A stretch of 48,984 nucleotides of DNA from an uncultured Candidatus Saccharibacteria bacterium (GTDB taxonomy: Bacteria > Patescibacteriota > Minisyncoccia > Portnoybacterales > UBA2143): the NCBI GenBank assembly GCA_964544485.1, contig CAZJBH010000001.1, positions 1-48,984 of the forward strand, in the 5' to 3' direction. A program made the position numbers and the translations under genes. Below, piece after piece: positions 1 through 8,016 of the stretch. A model generated the notes under the pieces. That model saw nothing but the letters and a program-made list of their open reading frames with translations. It was not told the origin of the DNA and did not search any database. Every line of letters starts with the position of its first letter. The stretch's first letter is position 1.

Positions 1-2
1 AA

Positions 3-140
3 TTAGACGCTCCGGCCCGCTTAGAAGAAACTAAAATGATTAGAACTGAATTGATTATTAATGTTGATCCTAATCGAGCTCCGCAAAACTATTATTTAGA
101 ATCAAGCGTTCAAATTAGAAATTTAAAAAATAATCTTTAA
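3..140 (+). CDS. 3' end of an ORF truncated by the window edge; function unknown
   Basis: Open frame from position 3 to TAA at 138-140 (...APQNYYLESSVQIRNLKNNL*). It lies 5 nt upstream of the next same-strand gene. Confidence 0.35.
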   Translation, partial: LDAPARLEETKMIRTELIINVDPNRAPQNYYLESSVQIRNLKNNL

Positions 141-145
141 TTGGT

Positions 146-1624
146 ATGTTGAAAAAAACCTCAAATCAAAATAAAGGAGATATTACTATTTTGGCTTTGA
201 TTTTTGGAGCAATTTTTATCCTTACTTTTAGTTCAATTGCTGGTTATTTAACCATTCAATTAAAGCAAGCTAAGCAAAAAGTAGCCTGGAATCAAGCTTT
301 AGCGATTGCTGAAGCCGGACTTGACTATTATCGCTGGCATTTAGCCCATGATTTTGCTGATTTGCAAGATGGCCAGGACTGGTGTTGCGATGATCCGCCT
401 TGTTCAGCTTGCGGGCCTTATGAGCATGAATATTCTGATTCAGAAGGCGGTCCGCTTGGCAAATTTAGTTTGGAAATTAGCGGAACTCAGCAGTGCGGAC
501 AAACTTCAGCTATAATAATTACTTCTACTGGCTGGGCTTATTCTCATCCGGATACTAAAAGAACAATCCGGGTTAAATATATTCGGCCAACCGTGGCTGA
601 TTATGCTTATTTAATCAATGATAATGTTTGGGCCGGATCAGACAGGGAAATTAAAGGCCCTTATCATGCTAATGGAGGGATTAGAATGGATGGGGAAAAT
701 AAGGCTTTGGTTACTTCAGCGCGCGAAGAATGGGTTTGCACTTCTTCTTTGGGTTGCGATATATGTCCGGATGAGTGTTGGATAGATGAAGATAAATGTA
801 TTTGTCCGGGTGTTTTTACTACTGCTAATGGAAACGAAGAATTATTTAATTATCCGGTATCTTCTTTTGATTTTGAAGGGATTACTATGGATTTAGCCCA
901 GATTAAGTCATTGGCTGAATCTGGCCAAGGCTTGTACTTTTCTCCTTCAGGAGAAGACGGCTACCATGTTGTTTTTAGTCATGATCAAGAAAATTCTTTT
1001 GCAGATGTGTATAAAATTACCCGATTAGGATCTCTTTGGGCATACAACGACGAAGTAGGAGATTTTCATTGGGAAGACTCAGTTATCCAAAGCGAAAGTT
1101 TTTTTGGGACTTATCAGATTCCAGAATCTTGCGGTTTGCTTTTTTTTGAAGATGATCTTTGGGTAGAAGGAGAAATTACAGGCAAGATAACTCTAATTTC
1201 AGCTGATTTGATTGATCCAAACAAAGAAACTAATATTTGGATTGAGGGAAATATTGAGTATAATCATCGGGATGGAACAGATGGGCTAGTTTTAGCGGCT
1301 CAGCATAATAATTTGATTGGCTTAAATGTTCCGGAAAATTTGGAATTGCATGGAATCTATATTGCTCAAAACGGACGCTTTGGCAGGAACCATTATCCAT
1401 GCTCTTGGTATTGGCCGGAATGCAAGCGAGATTATTTAGAAATTTTTGGTTCAGTAGTTAGTAATGGACGAGTTGGAACTAAATGGCATTCTGGCACAAC
1501 TTGGATATCTGGATTTGAAGAAAGAGAAAATATTTATGATCCGGAACAAAGTTTTAATCCGCCTGTTTTTTTACCAGCGATTTCAGATGAATATCAATTT
1601 AAAGAATGGGAGGAAATAGAATAA
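146..1624 (+). CDS. PilX-like / minor-pilin-like secreted Cys-rich protein
   Basis: N-terminal hydrophobic helix ITILALIFGAIFILTFSSIAGYL is followed by AWNQALAIAEAGLDYY, a pattern I associate with PilX_N-type pilus proteins. There are 14 Cys in clusters (CCDDPPCSAC, CDICPDEC, CICPG, PCSWYWPEC). Confidence 0.5.
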   Translation: MLKKTSNQNKGDITILALIFGAIFILTFSSIAGYLTIQLKQAKQKVAWNQALAIAEAGLDYYRWHLAHDFADLQDGQDWCCDDPPCSACGPYEHEYSDSEGGPLGKFSLEISGTQQCGQTSAIIITSTGWAYSHPDTKRTIRVKYIRPTVADYAYLINDNVWAGSDREIKGPYHANGGIRMDGENKALVTSAREEWVCTSSLGCDICPDECWIDEDKCICPGVFTTANGNEELFNYPVSSFDFEGITMDLAQIKSLAESGQGLYFSPSGEDGYHVVFSHDQENSFADVYKITRLGSLWAYNDEVGDFHWEDSVIQSESFFGTYQIPESCGLLFFEDDLWVEGEITGKITLISADLIDPNKETNIWIEGNIEYNHRDGTDGLVLAAQHNNLIGLNVPENLELHGIYIAQNGRFGRNHYPCSWYWPECKRDYLEIFGSVVSNGRVGTKWHSGTTWISGFEERENIYDPEQSFNPPVFLPAISDEYQFKEWEEIE

Positions 1625-3510
1625 TGGATTTATTGCAAAAGTTAAATAAAAAGCAATCTCAAGCGGTCACTGCTATTCAGGGGCCGGTTTTGGTTATTGC
1701 TGGACCTGGATCCGGCAAAACTATGGCTTTAACTTATCGGATTGCTTATTTAATTCAGCAAGGAATTAGGCCAGATAATATTTTAGCGGTTACTTTTACT
1801 AATAAAGCAGCTCAAGAAATGGCTGAGCGGGTTGATAAATTATCGCCTGGCTTGCTTAAAAGCTCAAGCCGTCCGGAAATCGGAACTTTTCACGCAATTT
1901 GTCTAAAGATTTTGCGTTTAAATATAGATAAGCTAGGACTAAATTATCGAAAAAATTTTGTTATTTATGATCAAGCTGATCAAATTAGCTTGATTAAGAG
2001 ATTATTTAAAGAACAGAATCTTTCTGAACAGCAATTTAAGCCAAATCTAGTTCATAGTTCAATTTCTCGCGCCAAAGATGAATTAATTGATTGGCAAAGT
2101 TATACTGAGCAAGCAAATGACTATTATCCGCAGCAAGTGGCTAAAATCTATCAAGCTTATCAAGAGTCTTTAATTCAAGCGAATGCTTTGGATTTTGATG
2201 ATTTGATTATGCTAACCGTTAAATTGTTCCGGGAAAATCCAGAAGTTTTAAAAAAATATCAAGCTAAATGGGAATATCTTTTAGTTGATGAAGCGCATGA
2301 TACTAATACCGGCCAATATTTGTTGATTAAGTTATTAGCTGAAAAAAACAAAAATATTTGGTTTATTGCTGATACTGATCAATCAATTTATACTTGGCGG
2401 GGAGCTGATTATCGAAATATTCTTAATTTTGAAAAAGATTATCCTCAAGCCAAAGTAATTCTATTAGAGCAGAATTATCGTTCCAGCAAGAATATTGTTG
2501 AAGCTGGCCATCAGATCATTTCTAAAAATAGCCAGCGCAAAGAAAAAAATATGTGGACTGATAATTCAGCTGGTTCTTTGATTAGTCTGATTCAAACAGA
2601 AACCCAAGAACAAGAAGGCGAATTTATTATTATGGAAATTGAAAATTTAATTCGCGAAAAGGGATTTTCTTTAAAAGATTTTACTGTGCTTTATCGGACA
2701 AACGCGCAGTCTAGGCCGATTGAAGAAGCTTTTCTTAAAGCTAATTTTCCTTACAAAATAATTGGGGCGTTGCGTTTTTATGAAAGAAAAGAGATTAAAG
2801 ATATCCTAGCTTATTTAAAATACATTGCTAATCAGCAGGATTTAGTTAGTTTGCAAAGGATTATTAATCTGCCTCCTCGGCGCTTAGCTAGATTTAGCAA
2901 AGAGATTAATTTGCTCTATTCTTTAGCTGATTGTCCGCAGCCATTAGCTGATTTTTACCAAATGATTGATCAATTAAGAAAAATTAATCAGCAGCAAGAT
3001 TTAACTAAATTGATTAGGCAGATATTAGAAAAAACAAAATATCAGGAATATTTAGAAAAAACTGCCAGAGATCAAGATGAAATTGAGCGGCGTTGGGAAA
3101 ATATCGGCGAATTAATCAATGTGGTTAGCAAATATGAAAAGTTAGGCCCGCAAAAAGGATTAAGCAAGTTTTTAGAAGATATTACTTTAATGACTAATCA
3201 TGATGAAGTTGAGACAAATAAAGATTTGATTAATTTGATGACAATTCATTGCGCTAAAGGATTGGAATTTCCAATTGTTTTTATGATTGGCATGGAAGAA
3301 GGTATTTTCCCTCATTCAAAAAGCCAGTTTAATCCGGAACAAATGGAAGAAGAGCGGCGTTTATGCTATGTTGGAGTTACTCGGGCAAAACAAAAAGCTT
3401 ATTTAAGTTTTGCCAAGCAAAGGAGGCTTTGGGGTCAGACCATGGTGAATCCTCCTTCCCGTTTTTTAACCGATATTCCAGAAGATTTAATTGAATTTGA
3501 GGAGTATTAA
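1624..3510 (+). CDS. pcrA: ATP-dependent DNA helicase, UvrD/PcrA family
   Basis: Walker A AGPGSGKT, TFTNKAA, LLVDEAHDT, QNYRS, TIHCAKGLEF and VGVTRAK motifs. I prefer the ATG at 1624 (TAATG overlap with the upstream stop) over the track start at 1606. Confidence 0.85.
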   Translation: MDLLQKLNKKQSQAVTAIQGPVLVIAGPGSGKTMALTYRIAYLIQQGIRPDNILAVTFTNKAAQEMAERVDKLSPGLLKSSSRPEIGTFHAICLKILRLNIDKLGLNYRKNFVIYDQADQISLIKRLFKEQNLSEQQFKPNLVHSSISRAKDELIDWQSYTEQANDYYPQQVAKIYQAYQESLIQANALDFDDLIMLTVKLFRENPEVLKKYQAKWEYLLVDEAHDTNTGQYLLIKLLAEKNKNIWFIADTDQSIYTWRGADYRNILNFEKDYPQAKVILLEQNYRSSKNIVEAGHQIISKNSQRKEKNMWTDNSAGSLISLIQTETQEQEGEFIIMEIENLIREKGFSLKDFTVLYRTNAQSRPIEEAFLKANFPYKIIGALRFYERKEIKDILAYLKYIANQQDLVSLQRIINLPPRRLARFSKEINLLYSLADCPQPLADFYQMIDQLRKINQQQDLTKLIRQILEKTKYQEYLEKTARDQDEIERRWENIGELINVVSKYEKLGPQKGLSKFLEDITLMTNHDEVETNKDLINLMTIHCAKGLEFPIVFMIGMEEGIFPHSKSQFNPEQMEEERRLCYVGVTRAKQKAYLSFAKQRRLWGQTMVNPPSRFLTDIPEDLIEFEEY

Positions 3511-4319
3511 TGAATAAAACTGAGATTAAGGATTTATTAAATAAATATGATTTAAGGCCAAAAAAATTTATGGGCCAGAATTTTTTGATTGAACAGAATA
3601 TAGTAGAGAAAATAGCAAAGCTGGCTGAAATAAAAAAAGATGAAACTGTTTTAGAAATCGGTCCGGGATTAGGCGGATTGACTCAAATTTTGCTTAAGCA
3701 AGCCAAACAAGTGATTGCAATAGAGAAAGATGAGAATTTAGTAAAAATTCTTGAGAAAATATTTCAAGATAAAACTAATTTAAAAATATTTAATCAAGAT
3801 ATATTAAAAATAGACGAGGAATTATTAGACCAGAATTATAAAATTGTAGCTAATTTACCATATTATTTAACTGCTCCGGTTATTCGCAAGTTTTTAGAAA
3901 TAGAAAAACAGCCAGAAATTATGATTTTATTAACTCAAAAAGAAGTTGCTCAAAGAATTTGCGCTCAACCGCCTAAAATGAATCTTTTGGCAGTTTCAAT
4001 ACAGTATTATGCTTTATCTAAAATATTAGGTTATGTTTCAAGGGATTGTTTTTGGCCCCAGCCAAGAGTTGATTCAGCTATTTTGCAAATTTTTCCGCAA
4101 AAGAAAATTAGAAATAAAGAGCGGGATAATTTTTTTAAGATAGTTAAAGCTGGATTTTCCGCGCCCAGAAAGCAGTTGATTAATAATTTAAGCAAGCAAT
4201 TAGATTTATCAAAAAAAGAAATGAGCCAAATTTTAGAAAAAATAGGCATGGAGGGGAAAATTAGACCGGGAAATCTATCAATTCAAGACTGGGAGAATTT
4301 AGCTAAAGAATTGAGTTAA
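3510..4319 (+). CDS. rsmA: 16S rRNA (adenine1518/1519-N6)-dimethyltransferase
   Basis: FMGQNFL near the N-terminus, SAM-binding EIGPGLGGLT, NLPYY motif. The start overlaps the helicase stop (TAATG). Confidence 0.9.
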   Translation: MNKTEIKDLLNKYDLRPKKFMGQNFLIEQNIVEKIAKLAEIKKDETVLEIGPGLGGLTQILLKQAKQVIAIEKDENLVKILEKIFQDKTNLKIFNQDILKIDEELLDQNYKIVANLPYYLTAPVIRKFLEIEKQPEIMILLTQKEVAQRICAQPPKMNLLAVSIQYYALSKILGYVSRDCFWPQPRVDSAILQIFPQKKIRNKERDNFFKIVKAGFSAPRKQLINNLSKQLDLSKKEMSQILEKIGMEGKIRPGNLSIQDWENLAKELS

Positions 4320-4342
4320 AAAATAAAATCAAACAAAGAAAA

Positions 4343-4371
4343 AGCAGGGACTTAATTGTCCCTGCTGTTTT
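4343..4371. terminator. Bidirectional rho-independent-type hairpin between convergent rsmA and lipoprotein genes
   Basis: agcagggac (4343-4351) / gtccctgct (4358-4366) form a perfect 9-bp stem with a 6-nt loop. An A-run precedes it and gtttt follows it. Confidence 0.7.
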
Positions 4372-4376
4372 GGTTG

Positions 4377-4919
4377 TTATTCAAGCTCTCGATATCTGCG
4401 GATATGCCAGATATCCTGAGATGTCCCTTGCCGATCCCAATCAGGAATCCGGAAATCTTCTTCCGCGGTTCCAACTAACCGCCCATCCTGATTAATCAGA
4501 TTGGCAGTTAGATAGATCCGGTAAGAGTCTTTCATCCGCGGGAACTCTATATCCGTTTGGCCACCCGGCCACAAACGGATATAAGTGTGGGCGTCAGTAT
4601 AAACCTTACATACCCACTGTGTTCCATTGAGTACCCGGATGTAGTGTTTTCGAGCTAATGGGAAAAATCCACGGGGCCGATAAGGCGAAGGCGAAGGACG
4701 GCAGGCAGCGCTTTTTGCCCTTGGAGCGTTGCGAACTTCTACATTGTCCGCAACACTTCCGATTCCAGCGCCGATAGCAGCGCCAGCTAAAGCGCCATTA
4801 CCTCCGCCAATTGCGCCTCCGATTCCGGCGCCGAGCAGGCTGCCTGAAATTGTCCAGCATCCGGATAGAAGTGGTAATAATCCCATAACCACTGCAAGTA
4901 TCAGAATTCTCTTTTTCAT
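4377..4919 (-). CDS. Lipoprotein with glycine-zipper segment (17-kDa-antigen/SlyB-like) and an unknown C-terminal domain
   Basis: Lipobox LLPLLSGC, then GSLLGAGIGGAIGGGNGALAGAAIGAGIGS. Nucleotide composition is strongly atypical for the window (about 49% G+C by hand count of 4381-4500). Confidence 0.7.
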   Translation of the reverse strand: MKKRILILAVVMGLLPLLSGCWTISGSLLGAGIGGAIGGGNGALAGAAIGAGIGSVADNVEVRNAPRAKSAACRPSPSPYRPRGFFPLARKHYIRVLNGTQWVCKVYTDAHTYIRLWPGGQTDIEFPRMKDSYRIYLTANLINQDGRLVGTAEEDFRIPDWDRQGTSQDIWHIRRYRELE

Positions 4920-5072
4920 CTTTTTCCTCCCTTCAGAATTTTCTAGTTATATTTTTATTTAAAGTTACTATTTTATATTTGATATAATTATACACTTTTG
5001 CACATATTTTGTCAATAGTTTTAACAGTTTAGATTAGGTTAAAACTTGTGGATAACTTAAGAATATTTCAAT

Positions 5073-5101
5073 TAGAATAAAACTTGGAAGTATTGTATAA
5101 T
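5073..5101 (+). promoter_or_regulatory. Candidate sigma70-type promoter of the T4SS-like operon
   Basis: Perfect TATAAT at 5096-5101, preceded by TG, 27 nt before the ATG at 5129. Only a weak -35 (ttagaa) lies 17 nt upstream. Confidence 0.3.
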
Positions 5102-5128
5102 AAGATTAATAAACCCTCTATAAAATAA

Positions 5129-6085
5129 ATGAAAATAAGCTTATTAAACAAAAAGAAAAATCTTATAGCAATAATTTTATTATTAATTGCTGGATTTATT
5201 GTTGGCGGATATTTAGTTTTGGAAAGCCGGTCTAGCAAGGCTTTAAGTATGAAAGAATTAACTGAAAATCTTGCTCAGAATAATTTTATTAATGATAAAG
5301 ATTATGATGGTTTAGAAGATTGGGAAGAAGAAATTTATAAGACTGATCCAAATAATCCGGATACTGACGGAGACGGATATTTAGATGGAGAAGAAGTTGC
5401 CGCTGGATATGATCCAAATATTCCTGCGCCAAATGATAAAATGCCGGAGAATAGATTTGAAGGTGATCGTCCTAACCCGGGAAATTTAACTGAAATGTTT
5501 TATTATTTAATGGTTGATAAATTTAAAAAGAATGAATTTGATCTTTCTAGCATTGATACATTAAGTGCGGCTGAAGAAATAAATATTGATCAAAGAACTC
5601 AAGAATCCTTAAAAAAGGCGACTGCCGGATTTATGGCTAATTTTGTACCTCCTTTTCAGAAAGAGAATCATGTTTTTGAAACTATTAAGCAGAATAATTC
5701 GATAACAACAGAAAAGTATAAAAATGATTTTGTTAAAGTTATGGCTAAAGTTACTAGTTGTAATAATGGAATAATTAGTCAGGATGGTTTAAAAAATATT
5801 GAACAAGGTTCTAAGATAGAAAACGTAGAACAATTAATTAAAATGAGTGAGTGCTATTTTAAAAATCAACAAGACTTATTAGAAATTAATCCTCCTTTAA
5901 ATTGGCTTGATATTCATAAGCAATTATTATTTATACTTTGGCAAACAGCTCAAGTAGCCAAGCGCTTACCTGAGGTGCAAAACGATCCCTTGAAAGGGGT
6001 TATTGTAATAAGCCAATTTAAGCAAGTTTTAGAAAATTTACCTGAAATTCAAAAACAAGTAAAGCTTGAATTAAATAAAAAATAA
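5129..6085 (+). CDS. Membrane-anchored protein with thrombospondin-type-3-like acidic Ca-binding repeats
   Basis: N-terminal TM IAIILLLIAGFIVGGYLVL. DxDxDG-type repeats DKDYDGLEDWEE / DPNNPDTDGDGYLDGEE. First gene of the operon. Confidence 0.55.
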   Translation: MKISLLNKKKNLIAIILLLIAGFIVGGYLVLESRSSKALSMKELTENLAQNNFINDKDYDGLEDWEEEIYKTDPNNPDTDGDGYLDGEEVAAGYDPNIPAPNDKMPENRFEGDRPNPGNLTEMFYYLMVDKFKKNEFDLSSIDTLSAAEEINIDQRTQESLKKATAGFMANFVPPFQKENHVFETIKQNNSITTEKYKNDFVKVMAKVTSCNNGIISQDGLKNIEQGSKIENVEQLIKMSECYFKNQQDLLEINPPLNWLDIHKQLLFILWQTAQVAKRLPEVQNDPLKGVIVISQFKQVLENLPEIQKQVKLELNKK

Positions 6086-7813
6086 ATGTTTTATCCTAAA
6101 AGCATTAGTTTATTATTAGTAATTTGTCTAATTGGTTCTTTGATGGGCGGAATTTTAATAGCGCCTAAAAAAGCACAAGCAGAAGTATTATTAGTAGAGA
6201 TAATAGGAGATGTTGGAGATTATCTATTTGATATTTTTAATTTGATAGAAAACACATTTACAGCAGCAGTTCAGGCATGGGACAAAGCGATGAAGCTGGC
6301 TACATGGTATTTAGGTGAAGCAATGTATGCTTTAGTAGAGGGGTTGTTAACACAATTAACTAACGATATGGTGGAATGGTTAAATAATGGCGGAGAAGGT
6401 TTGCCTAGGTTTTTAGCAATGGATTTTGATGATTGGATATGGGATACAGCTAATAAAGCAAGCGGAATATTTATAGAACAATATTTGGGGGCAGGTTGGT
6501 TGTGTGATTCTTTTTACGACCAATTAAATGATATGTTTAAGCTTAAATTAGAAGTTCCTCGTTTTGAAAAAATTGATTATGATGTGGATTGTACGATTGA
6601 AGATGTTTTAGATAACGCGGAAAGTTCTTTGGAAAAGTTTGAGCAGGATTTTTCTGAAGGAGATTGGGATGCCTGGGTTGAGTTTACTGAAAAAGAAAAT
6701 AATTTCTTTGGTGCCTATATGGAAAGCGTGATGGCTGAAACAGGTATGAGAAATGAGGCGGAAGAAACTCAAAATAAGGAATTAGCTATGAATGATGGTT
6801 ATCAAAATCATAAAAATTGTACTTGGTATGACGCTAGCACAACTACTCCTCGGACGATTGTTGAAGAGCAGAAAGATATTATTGGAATTCCTCCGATTCC
6901 CGAAGCTTGTAATCGAGATCCAAATAATCCAGGAATGACTGTCGGAGGATATAAAATGCCTTGTTATTATGAATGCGAGATTTTGACTCCTGGCTCTACG
7001 GTTAAGGATATGTCTAGCAAGACAGTTACTAATTATTGGGATCAGCTTAATAATCAACTGAATGCTCTTTTGGAAAAGGCTGGTCCGTTTGCGGTGTTTA
7101 TTAGAAGTATAGCAGAGAGTTTACTTAATTCGTTTTTTGAAGAAGATGGCGGAGGGTTAAAACATGCTAGTTCAATTCCTGGTAGTGGATCGATAACTCC
7201 AAATCCATATACAGAAGGCGCTGAATTAATAGCTATTTTAGAAGGAATAATTCCTTATTTGGAAAAAATAATACCAGAGGCTCAAAAGAATGCTAATGAA
7301 TACCAGAAAATTAAGAATTATTACAATAATTATACTCTTCCTGCATTACAAAAAATTATTGATGATTGTATGAATAATTCCGATGAATCAAAATGGGCTC
7401 AAGATAAATTAGACGAAATTAATCAAGAGATTTTACCAGAAATTCAGAAAAAAATAGATCGACCTAAAAATTTAGCAATAGCTAAAAAGAATTTAGAATT
7501 GGCTATAAGTGATTTAAAAATATGGCTTGATGATCCACAAGATGATGAAATTAAAGAAAAGATAATTCAACGCGCTAAAAGAGCAATGGAAATTATTAAT
7601 GATCAATCAACCGCTTCTAGTTTTAGTGAATTAATTTCAGAAAGTGAAACAGCTAAAGAGAATTTAAAAACTTTAATGAAAACCATCATTGGCGAAAGAG
7701 ATAATTCTTTTCCTACTTCCGGGAGTATTCCCGCTGAAATGGAATTAGCTAAGGATATCAAAGATGATGCAGATGATAAGTTAGATAGTTGTACTGAAGA
7801 AGAGGTTTTCTAA
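6086..7813 (+). CDS. Secreted protein of unknown function (T4SS-like operon)
   Basis: Signal peptide ending AQA-E. 575 aa with scattered Cys. The start directly abuts the upstream stop. Confidence 0.55.
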   Translation: MFYPKSISLLLVICLIGSLMGGILIAPKKAQAEVLLVEIIGDVGDYLFDIFNLIENTFTAAVQAWDKAMKLATWYLGEAMYALVEGLLTQLTNDMVEWLNNGGEGLPRFLAMDFDDWIWDTANKASGIFIEQYLGAGWLCDSFYDQLNDMFKLKLEVPRFEKIDYDVDCTIEDVLDNAESSLEKFEQDFSEGDWDAWVEFTEKENNFFGAYMESVMAETGMRNEAEETQNKELAMNDGYQNHKNCTWYDASTTTPRTIVEEQKDIIGIPPIPEACNRDPNNPGMTVGGYKMPCYYECEILTPGSTVKDMSSKTVTNYWDQLNNQLNALLEKAGPFAVFIRSIAESLLNSFFEEDGGGLKHASSIPGSGSITPNPYTEGAELIAILEGIIPYLEKIIPEAQKNANEYQKIKNYYNNYTLPALQKIIDDCMNNSDESKWAQDKLDEINQEILPEIQKKIDRPKNLAIAKKNLELAISDLKIWLDDPQDDEIKEKIIQRAKRAMEIINDQSTASSFSELISESETAKENLKTLMKTIIGERDNSFPTSGSIPAEMELAKDIKDDADDKLDSCTEEEVF

Positions 7814-7818
7814 TTAAT

Positions 7819-8016
7819 ATGAAATTAAAAGATATTTTAATTTTAATTTTTGTTCTAACTGGAGCAATTGCTATTTTTCTTTATTCTTCGGAAAATAAGC
7901 AGATACAAATAGTTAATCAGGAGGCAAAACAAGGCTATGTTTTACAAACTCGGCCAGAAATTTTGTTTCGCGATAAAGTTGAATTAAAAGCTAGAGTAAT
8001 TGATTCAATTAAATAA
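7819..8016 (+). CDS. Small single-pass membrane protein
   Basis: 65 aa with TM ILILIFVLTGAIAIFLY. The stop overlaps the start of the next gene. Confidence 0.45.
   Translation: MKLKDILILIFVLTGAIAIFLYSSENKQIQIVNQEAKQGYVLQTRPEILFRDKVELKARVIDSIK

Noticed and set aside
1606-1623. Track start codon at 1606 for the helicase (MGGNRI...)
   Set aside because: It overlaps the upstream gene by 19 nt. The ATG at 1624 gives the conserved helicase N-terminus (MDLLQKLNKKQSQAV) and a TAATG coupling junction like the one at rsmA.
4729-4962. 77-aa plus-strand ORF rich in Pro/Ala (PIPAPIAAPAKAPLPPPIAPPIPAP)
   Set aside because: It is the antisense shadow of the Gly/Ala-rich segment of the minus-strand lipoprotein gene, where GGN/GCN codons read as NCC/NGC. 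It has no independent start context.
5047-5055. Perfect DnaA box tgtggataa (reverse complement of TTATCCACA) upstream of the T4SS-like operon
   Set aside because: It is a single isolated 9-mer. With this base composition I estimate about 0.6 chance occurrences per window on both strands, and it lies 16 kb from dnaA with no companion boxes.
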